DNA of 60,494 nucleotides from a virus (Duplodnaviria; Caudoviricetes): IMG/VR virus record IMGVR_UViG_3300032331_000843, positions 1 to 60,494 of that record; one strand, 5' to 3'. Shown piece by piece: positions 1 to 8,201 of this stretch (position 1 is its first letter; each line of letters starts with the position of its first letter). The notes under the pieces were generated by a model. It saw only the letters and a program-made list of their open reading frames with translations, ran no database searches and was not told where the DNA came from. The position numbers and the translations under genes were made by a program.

Positions 1-123
1 AAGTGGTATCACTCAGACGATCTGGAGGAATCAAATGCCTAAATTTACTATTGAAATTCATGAGACACAAAACTGGACTTATTCCTATGATGTAGAGGCG
101 AAGAGCAGTGAGGAGGCTCATCA
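1..123. repeat. Terminal direct repeat, identical to 60372-60494 (circular contig overlap)
   Basis: First 123 nt match the last 123 nt exactly; ORF 60156..60413 runs straight into ORF 35..226 across the join. Confidence 0.95.
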
Positions 124-226
124 CCTGGCAGAGACCCGCCATTTTGCGGGCGAAGAGTCAGACGATAACTGGTTATGCGAATCAAACATTACTGGAACAT
201 ACGCAAAGGAGATTGCAAATGCCTAA
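35..226 (+). CDS. Small acidic early protein, DpnD/PcfM-like
   Basis: MPKFTIEIHET..YSYDVEAKSSEEA pattern; GGAGG RBS at 24-28. Confidence 0.7.
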   Translation: MPKFTIEIHETQNWTYSYDVEAKSSEEAHHLAETRHFAGEESDDNWLCESNITGTYAKEIANA

Positions 227-398
227 GTTCACCATACTTTCAAGGGAAACCGTTTATTACGAAACTGAAATTGATGCAGAGGACGAAGACAAAGCACGAG
301 CTATATTTTTGGATATGGAACATACCGAGGAAACATTGACACCATTCGGTTCTGACTATTTTGAAATTTATGATATTGAGGAGAACACAAATGCCTAA
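219..398 (+). CDS. Small acidic early protein, DpnD/PcfM-like paralogue (start ATG 219)
   Basis: MPKFTILSRETVYYETEIDAEDEDKA; AGGAG RBS; start overlaps the upstream stop. Confidence 0.7.
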   Translation: MPKFTILSRETVYYETEIDAEDEDKARAIFLDMEHTEETLTPFGSDYFEIYDIEENTNA

Positions 399-960
399 CT
401 GGACAAACAACATTATTGAGATTAACCACGAAGACCCTGAGATGATTGAGCGGGCTTTCACCGCCCTCAGCGAAGATAAGTTCTTCAGCGAGTTCTTGCC
501 ATGCCCTAAAGAATTAAGCAACACCGTATCGGGTTGCGTTGAAGACGGTTACGCTACCGAGCTACACGATTTTCAAAAGGCATTAAATGTCAAATACTTT
601 GGGTTCACGGACTGGTATTCATGGGCTAATGCCAACTGGGGAACGAAGTGGGAAGTATGTGAGCCGTTTATCTCAGGTCACGACAGTAACTTTTTAAGTG
701 CTAGTTTTGACACGGCTTGGAGTCCGCCAATTGCATTCTATGAAAAGCTTGCAGAGCTTGGCTTTACCGTGCGGGCTTATTACTACGAGCCTGGAATGGC
801 GTTCTGCGGGATTTGGGATGACGGTGACGACCAATATTACAGTATTGACGGTAAATCTGAGTGGGTGATGGAGAACATACCGAGCGAGCTTGACCTTCAA
901 TTTTGCATCAGCGAAGGCATGGCAGAGTGGGAAGAACAAGAAAGGAGTGATCAGCTATGA
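391..960 (+). CDS. YubB/DUF1281-like ferredoxin-fold protein
   Basis: MPNWTNN, DWYSWANANWGTKW, FDTAWSPP and YYEPGMAFCG motifs. Confidence 0.8.
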   Translation: MPNWTNNIIEINHEDPEMIERAFTALSEDKFFSEFLPCPKELSNTVSGCVEDGYATELHDFQKALNVKYFGFTDWYSWANANWGTKWEVCEPFISGHDSNFLSASFDTAWSPPIAFYEKLAELGFTVRAYYYEPGMAFCGIWDDGDDQYYSIDGKSEWVMENIPSELDLQFCISEGMAEWEEQERSDQL

Positions 961-1157
961 AAGTTATTTTCGGGAGCATTGAGTTCGGAGACTTTGTGAA
1001 ATGCGGGGATAAATACCCCATGGCCTTAGTCAAAAACTACTTTACCAAAGACATAGAAGAGGACGAGATTGAAGACTACGCATGGAAAAACCATTGCGAG
1101 TATGTCGTCCCAAGCGAGTTCCGAGGCGAGATTTATTTTATTCAGGAGGCTAAATGA
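957..1157 (+). CDS. Hypothetical early protein
   Basis: ORF with AAGGAG RBS and ATGA overlap. Confidence 0.65.
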   Translation: MKVIFGSIEFGDFVKCGDKYPMALVKNYFTKDIEEDEIEDYAWKNHCEYVVPSEFRGEIYFIQEAK

Positions 1158-1384
1158 TTAACCCATGGCAACCCCTATTTGATGCATGGTTAAACCAACT
1201 ATCAGGAGAGAAACACGAGATGAAAAAGTATGAAGTTACCCTAGTTACACACGCAAAGACCGTTGTATTTGTAGATGCTAATGACGAAGACGAGGCGATT
1301 GATATGGCGTTCGATTACCTTAATGAAAACGACATTGAGCTTGGAGAGTGGGAAGTTGAGAATGTAGAACGGAGCACAGAATGA
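1154..1384 (+). CDS. DpnD/PcfM-like acidic protein (possible internal start 1220)
   Basis: MKKYEVTLVTHAKTVVFVDANDEDEAIDMA, similar to 35..226. Confidence 0.65.
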   Translation: MINPWQPLFDAWLNQLSGEKHEMKKYEVTLVTHAKTVVFVDANDEDEAIDMAFDYLNENDIELGEWEVENVERSTE

Positions 1385-1659
1385 ACGGTTACAACAGACG
1401 ACTGGTCATGAACCAGTATCACATTACGCCCGAACAGGACTTTATCATTGGCTTGGTCTATGAGAAAAGGGTCATACCCGCTACGGACATTCTCTTTGAA
1501 TGTATAAAGTTGGAAGTTTGTAGCCATGCAACGGCACACAAATACTTTAAAGGTCTTGTGATTCGTGGATTTCTTAGCGTTGAACAGGGAAAAGACTTAC
1601 GCCACAAGAATGTATTTCTCAGTTCCAAAGCCGTGGCTTATCTTGAGGAAACAAAATGA
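1381..1659 (+). CDS. MarR-like winged-helix DNA-binding protein
   Basis: SHATAHKYFKGLVIRGFL...DLRHKNVFLS HTH-wing pattern. Confidence 0.6.
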   Translation: MNGYNRRLVMNQYHITPEQDFIIGLVYEKRVIPATDILFECIKLEVCSHATAHKYFKGLVIRGFLSVEQGKDLRHKNVFLSSKAVAYLEETK

Positions 1660-1745
1660 ACCAAGGCCCAACCAATGACGACATCATTGCATCCCTAGTT
1701 TTTGTTGCCGTGATTGTTCTACTTTGTTTAGCACCAGATCTGTAA
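1656..1745 (+). CDS. 29-aa membrane peptide (absent from the ORF track)
   Basis: MNQGPTNDDIIASLVFVAVIVLLCLAPDL; GAGG RBS; ATGA overlap. Confidence 0.5.
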   Translation: MNQGPTNDDIIASLVFVAVIVLLCLAPDL

Positions 1746-1749
1746 CCGA

Positions 1750-1788
1750 GTAGCCTGGAGACCAAACATCTTCAGGCTACCCACAAAA
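1750..1788. terminator. Hairpin between convergent operons
   Basis: GTAGCCTGGAGA/TCTTCAGGCTAC stem followed by an A-run (U-run on -). Confidence 0.6.
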
Positions 1789-1797
1789 GGGTCATGC

Positions 1798-2061
1798 TTA
1801 CAGGTCATTCAACCACAGAGATATATCCCTCTTGCGCTCCTCTTCAACCTTGGCGGCCAGTAGCGTGTTCAGTTCCGCCATCTCCTTAATCATCTGCATC
1901 ATCTTCTTTTCAATCCGCCCGTTTACGGAGGCAATGCCCATGCTTTGCATACCGTGGAGATACTCTTCATAGGTAGACATGGCTGCAAGATTGTTCTTAC
2001 GCACACCGTTTAAGTAGCTGAACTCATACCAGTCCAGTATTTTTGGTTGTTTCTTAACCAT
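1798..2061 (-). CDS. Hypothetical protein
   Basis: 87-aa ORF coupled to the MTase stop. Confidence 0.6.
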   Translation of the reverse strand: MVKKQPKILDWYEFSYLNGVRKNNLAAMSTYEEYLHGMQSMGIASVNGRIEKKMMQMIKEMAELNTLLAAKVEEERKRDISLWLNDL

Positions 2062-3781
2062 TTGATTCGTCCTCTACCATCTGTATTCTTTTACCAATCC
2101 ATGCCATCACGGGTACAGCCATTGAGTTACCCATTGCCTTATACCGTGGCGCATCGGGAGAGTCAGGCTTGCCTCGCCAAGGGATATTTGTATATCCATC
2201 CGGAAAGCCTTGCAGTCTCTCGCATTCTGTTGGGGTAAGCCTACGGACTGCCATGTTCTGCAACACACCAGGGCTTTGGCTTCGAGTGAGCGTGCCTGAT
2301 ATATCTTCCTCGAACTTCATCTCATCAGGGCGGGCGTTCACATTGAATGCAATCTGTTGGTCTTGGGTCACGCTTAGAGTAAAAGCTTTCTCATCTGAAC
2401 CAAGGTATCCCTTGCCACCACCCTCGCATCCACCCCGAACCTTGAAGGCGTGGGCCACGAAAGTCTGAGCATGGTGCGACTGGACTGACGGACGTAACGC
2501 TTGCAACGCAGGTGTTACCTCTAAAGTTGTAGCACTAAAGTTGTTTGCCTTGGCATCTTCACGGATTGAATAGGCGACTGATGCTTGGTTGTCGCCCATC
2601 TGCGCACGCAATGTAGGAGATAGTTCTTCCGTAAAACGATTAGGATTACCCTCTCTCTTGGTAACGCCTGGCTCAAACCCATAAGCAACTGCATGGTTAG
2701 GGTAGCCACCGTCCCCGCCTGAGCGAAGGGTAGGGCTTACATCATTGCCAACATCTCTTGCTGCATCTGATTGAGTAAAACCAATAGAGTAAGCAACGCC
2801 TTGAGTGGCGGCGGCATCCAAGGTATACATCACCTCATCATTCCATCCACGCCCGTTCTGTTTCTTATCTCTACCTGATACATCTTGAATAGCGACAGAT
2901 TGAACAAGCGGGACATTGCCACCGCCAGTCCCCCAACGACTCGTTACCGTCTGACATACCTCACCCATCTCTTTAACACGAGAGTCTGCGGGATGAGTTT
3001 CATATACGATTAAATCTGTATGGTCTTTGTAGTCACGGGCTTTCAATGTGCTTGCCGTGCCGTCATCTGCATACTCACCAAAGGCAACCAAGCGGTTCGT
3101 TGTTACTAGAGTTTCTGATCCTCCTCCGAGGTCTCCTCCGTCTCGTCTGAGTGTCCCGACTCCTTCACCGTAGTTTCCAAAGCTGCTTGGAGAAAAGGCG
3201 GAAGCTTCTTCCCTCGCTTGTCTGCTCGGCGGAGGATTCCTGAGCAAGCTTTCCCGCTCAAATAAAACTTTTGCGGGAGCAAGCCAGTCTCCAAGACATC
3301 CGACAACAAACACACGTCTGCGTCTTTGGGGAACTCCGAAGTATTGAGCGTCAAGCACCCGATATGCGAACCCATACCCGAGTTCAGCCACCGCCCCGAG
3401 GAAGGAACCAAAGTCCCGTCCACCATTTGAACTGAGGACGCCTGGCACGTTTTCCCATACGAACCACTTGGGTCTAAACTTATCAAGAATTCCGCAATAG
3501 ACGAGGGCAAGGTTTCCCCTTGGGTCTTCAAGACCTTTGCGGAGTCCTGCGACTGAGAAGGATTGACACGGGGTTCCTCCGACCAAAAGCTCAACTGTTC
3601 CATTTGTATTCCACTCCTTATATTTAGTCATGTCGCCAAAGTTTGGCGTGTTTGGGTAATGATGCGCCAATACTTCTGACGGAAACTTCTCTATTTCTGA
3701 ATAGCCAACTGCCTCCCAACCTAGGGGATGCCAAGCCACACTTGCTGCCTCAACTCCTGAACATACTGATAGATATCTCAT
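2054..3781 (-). CDS. DNA (cytosine-5) methyltransferase with an expanded, modular variable region
   Basis: Motifs I (SVCSGVEA), IV (GGTPCQSFS), VI (ENVPG), VIII (PQRRRRVF), IX (RRLTPTECERLQGFP), X (YKAMGNS). Confidence 0.95.
   Translation of the reverse strand: MRYLSVCSGVEAASVAWHPLGWEAVGYSEIEKFPSEVLAHHYPNTPNFGDMTKYKEWNTNGTVELLVGGTPCQSFSVAGLRKGLEDPRGNLALVYCGILDKFRPKWFVWENVPGVLSSNGGRDFGSFLGAVAELGYGFAYRVLDAQYFGVPQRRRRVFVVGCLGDWLAPAKVLFERESLLRNPPPSRQAREEASAFSPSSFGNYGEGVGTLRRDGGDLGGGSETLVTTNRLVAFGEYADDGTASTLKARDYKDHTDLIVYETHPADSRVKEMGEVCQTVTSRWGTGGGNVPLVQSVAIQDVSGRDKKQNGRGWNDEVMYTLDAAATQGVAYSIGFTQSDAARDVGNDVSPTLRSGGDGGYPNHAVAYGFEPGVTKREGNPNRFTEELSPTLRAQMGDNQASVAYSIREDAKANNFSATTLEVTPALQALRPSVQSHHAQTFVAHAFKVRGGCEGGGKGYLGSDEKAFTLSVTQDQQIAFNVNARPDEMKFEEDISGTLTRSQSPGVLQNMAVRRLTPTECERLQGFPDGYTNIPWRGKPDSPDAPRYKAMGNSMAVPVMAWIGKRIQMVEDESNG
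3106..3603 (-). CDS. Nested alternative-frame gene resembling the M.EcoHK31I beta polypeptide
   Basis: Own RBS (TAAGGAG) ahead of ATG 3603; RWLNSGM..LLSDVLET..LRRADKRGKKLP resembles beta as I recall it. Confidence 0.75.
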   Translation of the reverse strand: MEQLSFWSEEPRVNPSQSQDSAKVLKTQGETLPSSIAEFLISLDPSGSYGKTCQASSVQMVDGTLVPSSGRWLNSGMGSHIGCLTLNTSEFPKDADVCLLSDVLETGLLPQKFYLSGKACSGILRRADKRGKKLPPFLQAALETTVKESGHSDETEETSEEDQKL

Positions 3782-5256
3782 GCTTGATTCCTTAATTTAG
3801 ACTTGGAGTAAGCAATGGCACGAGACTTAATCCAGTTTAATGTTTGTCTTGACGGGTCTTTAGAGTCATTGCTCAACCCGCGCGGGAAGACTCCAAACTT
3901 TTCCTTATACTTATGTGCGGCCCATCCTTCTTTGTATCCCTTAACTCTTGAGTAAGCCAACAACTCTGACCAAAACGCTTGGTTAGTTATGTGTAGCTTT
4001 TGATTAGCCTCTTGGAGTTCTCTCAGTTCGCCAGGCACTGCCTCAATCATGGCTCTACGCTCACGAACATGACCGCAACCTAAGCAAACATCCCCACCCG
4101 TCCACAAAATACCACATGAAGGACACTTAGATTCTTTCTTCTCCCGTTCAGTAAGTTCTTTCTTAGCCTTCTCTCCACCCTCCTTTAGCTCACGAACACC
4201 GTCCGCATACAAGCTATCCCAGTCATTACGGAATCGAAGGTAGTTGCCTGAGTGATCTAACCAAACACCAAACTCTTTAGAGTCATGCGGTCTCATCACA
4301 CGTCCCAACTGCTGGACATGGGAACTAAAAGATTTAGAAAAGGGTCGGGCTGACACGCCAATCATTACATCAGGCACGTCAAACCCACGAGTCAGGATGT
4401 CAGTAGCCACCAATCCGTGGATGTTTGTATCAGGCTTAGCAAAGTCCTCGATGGTAGTCCGCTTGAACTCATCGTCTTCTTTGTAGGATATGGAAACAAA
4501 GTTGTAGCCCGCATTAGCAAACTGTGCAACCAGATCTCTGCCGTGAGCAACTCCTGAACAGAACACGATTGTCTTTCTCGGGCCTCCAAATATCTCATGG
4601 GTTTTCTTTACCCACTCGGTAACGATATCGCCAGTAATCTTCATGCCTCGCTCAGATACTTCGTCCTGAGACCACTCGCCCGCTACCTTTTTGGCGCCCG
4701 TCATGTCAATCTCTTTGGCAATATAAATCTTGAGCGGTGCTAACCAACCCTTTTCAATCAGGTCTCCGGTAGATGTAGCACCCACCACATGGCTATAGGT
4801 ATCGCCCAATCCCTTAGTGAACGGGGTAGCAGTTAAGCCAATAACTTTAATCTGTGGGTTTTGTTTGATGAACTCTACTGTCTTACGGCGGGTGACATGG
4901 CACTCGTCAATAATCAATAGGTCTATGTCAGGGAAAGCCTGTCTCTTCTCCAATGTCTGAGCAGAACAGATCTGGATGCGTTCCATTGGACGGTATCTCC
5001 AATGCCCTGACTGCATCACGCCATGTTCAATGCCATACTTACCTAACCGCAGACTGGTCTGTTCAACCAAGACAATACGGTCAAGAACCATAGCCGTTCT
5101 TTTGAAACCCTCCGATACCTCTTTCATAATAGCCATCGCAACCTCAGTCTTACCGAACCCCGTTGGTGCGTATAAGAGCTGACATCTGTGGCCGCTTTCA
5201 AACCCCTGTCGTATCTTCTCAACGACATCAGTTTGATGCTCACGTAACTGTAGCAT
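3778..5256 (-). CDS. SF2 DEAD/H-box helicase (RadD/YejH-like) with Zn finger
   Basis: APTGFGKT, DECH, TATP, QQLGRVMR, CPSC..CLGC. Confidence 0.92.
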   Translation of the reverse strand: MLQLREHQTDVVEKIRQGFESGHRCQLLYAPTGFGKTEVAMAIMKEVSEGFKRTAMVLDRIVLVEQTSLRLGKYGIEHGVMQSGHWRYRPMERIQICSAQTLEKRQAFPDIDLLIIDECHVTRRKTVEFIKQNPQIKVIGLTATPFTKGLGDTYSHVVGATSTGDLIEKGWLAPLKIYIAKEIDMTGAKKVAGEWSQDEVSERGMKITGDIVTEWVKKTHEIFGGPRKTIVFCSGVAHGRDLVAQFANAGYNFVSISYKEDDEFKRTTIEDFAKPDTNIHGLVATDILTRGFDVPDVMIGVSARPFSKSFSSHVQQLGRVMRPHDSKEFGVWLDHSGNYLRFRNDWDSLYADGVRELKEGGEKAKKELTEREKKESKCPSCGILWTGGDVCLGCGHVRERRAMIEAVPGELRELQEANQKLHITNQAFWSELLAYSRVKGYKEGWAAHKYKEKFGVFPRGLSNDSKDPSRQTLNWIKSRAIAYSKSKLRNQA

Positions 5257-5294
5257 TCCATCCTCCTGTGCAACCAGATACCCTCTGGCGTGGG

Positions 5295-5411
5295 TTAATC
5301 GTTATCTTCTTTTCTCTTGGTTAAGTCTAACTTTTCCTTGAGCATTTGTCTTTGGATGCGGGCGAATTCTTTTTGGAACTCCTCCCACATCCGCTTGCTT
5401 TCTTCCGTCAT
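5295..5411 (-). CDS. 38-aa hypothetical protein (absent from the ORF track)
   Basis: MTEESKRMWEEFQKEFARIQRQMLKEKLDLTKRKEDND; ATGA overlap with the ParB-like gene. Confidence 0.5.
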   Translation of the reverse strand: MTEESKRMWEEFQKEFARIQRQMLKEKLDLTKRKEDND

Positions 5412-6229
5412 GCGTCTACTTTTTCGTATTTCTCTAGTTGTTTTTTGAGATACTTAATCTGTCTAAGCATATCTGCATTCTTTGATTGATAAGTATCACG
5501 GCTTGCTTTTAATGCCTTCACTTCTGCTTCCAATGACTTGATGCGGGCATCCTTTTCTTCCATTGATAAGAGAGCTTCTTCCTTCTCTTCTTCAGTAGCA
5601 TCCATGTTGTGGACTGCTAACTTGTTCATCAACTTCTGATTCTCTTCTGCCAACGTCTGATGTTCTATAGCCAGTGCGTGGAGTTCGTCATTCTCAGGTT
5701 CTTCATCTTGGGTTTCAACTGGTTTAGAGTCCACCTTTTTGGCGGGCTTATCGGCTTTAGTTTTGGTTTCAACTGGTGTATTCTGTGTTGGAGAATTGTC
5801 ATTCTTAAGGCCCTCTCTTAGCTTGCCAACAAACGGATGGGATACGTTACAGATGCGAGCAATCTCTCGATCCTTTAATTCAGACCATTCAAAATCATCA
5901 AGCATACGCAATACAACGCGCTTCTTTTCTTCTACAGTTCTGCGTAAACCGTGGTCATCATTGGCGCCGAATGAATAAAGTTGAGCATCACGTTGTGTGC
6001 CTTCTATTACTTCAACTTCAATGTCTTTAGAGGCGTTGGATTTATGCCCATGGTAACGGTGAAAGCCGTCTGCCAACCAGTAACTAGCACCATCAAAGAA
6101 CGTAACAACTGGCGGGAACTGAACGCCATCACGCATCTTCTCTGCATACTCAGTAACTACGCCGTAATTGATTTCAATACGGGCTTGTGTATCTCCGTCA
6201 ATGCGGATTTTATTTAATTGAACTTTCAT
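5408..6229 (-). CDS. ParB N-terminal-domain protein with HTH and coiled coil
   Basis: LADGFHRY motif; DREIARICNVSHPFVGKLR HTH; C-terminal coiled coil. Confidence 0.85.
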   Translation of the reverse strand: MKVQLNKIRIDGDTQARIEINYGVVTEYAEKMRDGVQFPPVVTFFDGASYWLADGFHRYHGHKSNASKDIEVEVIEGTQRDAQLYSFGANDDHGLRRTVEEKKRVVLRMLDDFEWSELKDREIARICNVSHPFVGKLREGLKNDNSPTQNTPVETKTKADKPAKKVDSKPVETQDEEPENDELHALAIEHQTLAEENQKLMNKLAVHNMDATEEEKEEALLSMEEKDARIKSLEAEVKALKASRDTYQSKNADMLRQIKYLKKQLEKYEKVDA

Positions 6230-6238
6230 TTTTTCCTC

Positions 6239-6424
6239 TTATATGAATCGTTGCATTTCCTCAAACGCACGCTTCAATTCTACAGCGGTTGTCCTCGGAT
6301 TACTAGCTAATTTATGCGCTTTGCTTGCTCTTTCTTTCCACAACGCTGCTTGCATTACGCCTCCTTCTACTACTGACTTTGGGATTTTCCCAGTCATTTT
6401 CTTTAATTCTGTTCTGTAATCCAT
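6239..6424 (-). CDS. Hypothetical protein
   Basis: ORF within the operon. Confidence 0.6.
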   Translation of the reverse strand: MDYRTELKKMTGKIPKSVVEGGVMQAALWKERASKAHKLASNPRTTAVELKRAFEEMQRFI

Positions 6425-6427
6425 TAT

Positions 6428-6685
6428 CTATTCATCACATCTTTCTATAAGGGCTGCATAACCGCAGATGTCCACCACTGAATCACGATGGGTAATGTCG
6501 TTGCGAAGACGGGCTGCCTTTAACAACACCATCATCACCGCTACATCCTTGGCTGACAAGCACAATTCATTACCAAGATAAGCATTCCACATCTCTGCAA
6601 TTACTTCTAAATTCTTACTTGGTTTACCGTATGTCTTCTCTCGATCACCATAAATTATATCTTTTGCTTCATCTAAAACACTCAT
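6428..6685 (-). CDS. DUF6378-type protein
   Basis: GDREKTYG..IAEMWNAYL..MMVLLKAAR..HRDSVVDICGYA. Confidence 0.85.
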   Translation of the reverse strand: MSVLDEAKDIIYGDREKTYGKPSKNLEVIAEMWNAYLGNELCLSAKDVAVMMVLLKAARLRNDITHRDSVVDICGYAALIERCDE

Positions 6686-6933
6686 TTCTCACTCGCTTTC
6701 TTTATTGCGGTCTCTGCAAGTTTTTTGTAATCTACTTTTAAAGCAAAGCCATCATCATCTGATACTTGACGGTCTGCCTTTATCAAAGAGTCCGTTCTAT
6801 ACCAACGGGCAACCAATGTCATACCGCCTACGTCTGTTGGCAATCCCTCTTCACCGATAACCAAGTATTCGTATGGCTTAGCTTCTTGACCTTTGATATA
6901 AACCATGTCGCCAGGCTTTAGTTTTTCTTTCAT
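6682..6933 (-). CDS. Hypothetical protein
   Basis: Coupled ORF. Confidence 0.6.
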   Translation of the reverse strand: MKEKLKPGDMVYIKGQEAKPYEYLVIGEEGLPTDVGGMTLVARWYRTDSLIKADRQVSDDDGFALKVDYKKLAETAIKKASEK

Positions 6934-7271
6934 TTAATCCCATGCCTTTCTTCTATTGCCTTGCAAAGTTTTAATCCATACTCTTGAACTTGGTCAATGC
7001 TATAAGTGTATTTGTGTTGCAATGCCATCAATCCAAAACAATCATCTACACAATCGCCTATTTCCTCATCACTTAATGGCTTTGTTTGTGGCGTGACCTT
7101 ATCAATAATTGTGCTAAAGCCTTCATGGGTTCTTCGGTATTCTTGCTTATCCAATTCTTCTACAAGTCTGCGAATCATAGTGGCTGATACTCTTGGGCTA
7201 GTCCAGTCGCACTCACCATACTTAGCTTCATCTTCCAACTGGTCAGCCAACTTTAATGCTTCTTCTTTCAT
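6930..7271 (-). CDS. Hypothetical phage protein (KPLSDEEI...KAIEERHGI type)
   Basis: Coupled ORF with a common phage C-terminal motif. Confidence 0.65.
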   Translation of the reverse strand: MKEEALKLADQLEDEAKYGECDWTSPRVSATMIRRLVEELDKQEYRRTHEGFSTIIDKVTPQTKPLSDEEIGDCVDDCFGLMALQHKYTYSIDQVQEYGLKLCKAIEERHGIK

Positions 7272-7528
7272 CTCAATTCTTCCTCATATTTTTTGTATAT
7301 GTAATATGCGTCGTAAATCTTTATCATTTCTTCTCTTGTTTGCTTGCTCAATGTTACTGGTCGCAAATCTTCTTCTTTAATAAAAGTAGTGGAATTGGCA
7401 TCTATTTGGCAATCCCTATAATCCTCATCAGGAGACCACCACTTTGGATTAACTATTACCACCAATCTCCCTATTAAACTAGGGTCTTCATCGTGTTTAA
7501 CTACAACTACCCATTGTCCTGCTTTCAT
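7268..7528 (-). CDS. Hypothetical protein (KOW/SH3-like N-terminus)
   Basis: MKAGQWVVVV..LIGRLVVIV. Confidence 0.55.
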   Translation of the reverse strand: MKAGQWVVVVKHDEDPSLIGRLVVIVNPKWWSPDEDYRDCQIDANSTTFIKEEDLRPVTLSKQTREEMIKIYDAYYIYKKYEEELR

Positions 7529-7725
7529 TTCTTCATCGCCTTCCTGATAGCATCATCAGTGTTCATCTGAACTTCAGTCGCCTCATGCAACCGTTGTAGG
7601 CCGTATATCCAATCGCCAAGCAATTCAAGTCTCAACGCCTGGTCATAACCAAACCATTCAGGCGGGCATAGAATCATGCCAACCCGCTCGTCAGTCTTGG
7701 CGTGTAACTCTGGTAACTTAATCAA
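7525..7725 (-). CDS. Hypothetical protein
   Basis: TTG start with GGAGG RBS. Confidence 0.55.
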   Translation of the reverse strand: MIKLPELHAKTDERVGMILCPPEWFGYDQALRLELLGDWIYGLQRLHEATEVQMNTDDAIRKAMKK

Positions 7726-7885
7726 AGAAATCCTCCCGTTTTATTTTCCTCTTGGCAAGCAACTTTATAATCTTCTTCATCGCCCGCCTCTCCGCTTGCT
7801 GCACTGCCGTCCTACTTACTCCAAGAGCTTCAGCGACCTCACGCTGATTCATGCCCCCGTCTTTTCTTTCCGTCTCCATCATCAT
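7718..7885 (-). CDS. Sigma70 region-4-like HTH protein, 55 aa (absent from the ORF track)
   Basis: MNQREVAEALGVSRTAVQQAERRAMKKI. Confidence 0.8.
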   Translation of the reverse strand: MMMETERKDGGMNQREVAEALGVSRTAVQQAERRAMKKIIKLLAKRKIKREDFFD

Positions 7886-7931
7886 ACATTGTTCCCATGC
7901 TAATGCAATAGCTATTTTTATACAAACGAAA

Positions 7932-7980
7932 TTCCGCTTTCCGCTTTCCGTCTACTGTAGTAACCCACTGTAGTAACCCA
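7932..7980. repeat. Short tandem repeats, iteron-like
   Basis: TTCCGCT x2.7 (7932-7950); ACTGTAGTAACCC x2 (7954-7979). Confidence 0.8.
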
Positions 7981-7989
7981 TCCCCTTGT

Positions 7990-8196
7990 TCCCGAACGGT
8001 GGACGCACCTAGCCTACCTAGATGCGCCTTCAGTTGTTCCGTCACGGAGCCACAACACCCGCCAGTCGTTCGTAGAATCGGCACTAGCTTCGCCACCGAT
8101 ATATGCAGTGTTACATCTACTTACCCCCAGTCTGCTTACAACTGATGTCGCTGGCGTGGTTTGTTCCCCGTCCAACATCAATCGGCTGACTGAAAA
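7990..8196 (-). ncRNA. Large multi-stem structured RNA with pseudoknot (family not recognised)
   Basis: At least seven helices, several with G-U pairs on - only; CGCCAG/CUGGCG pseudoknot. Confidence 0.7.
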
Positions 8197-8201
8197 GAAA
8201 A

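Noticed and set aside
1-123. 123-bp repeat as a biological terminal repeat
   Set aside because: It cuts through coding sequence and lies far from terS; more likely an assembly overlap of a circularly permuted genome.
7839-8096. 85-aa ORF as a protein gene
   Set aside because: GTG start without a clear RBS; it lies over dense RNA helices and tandem repeats and overlaps the better-supported HTH gene 7718..7885.
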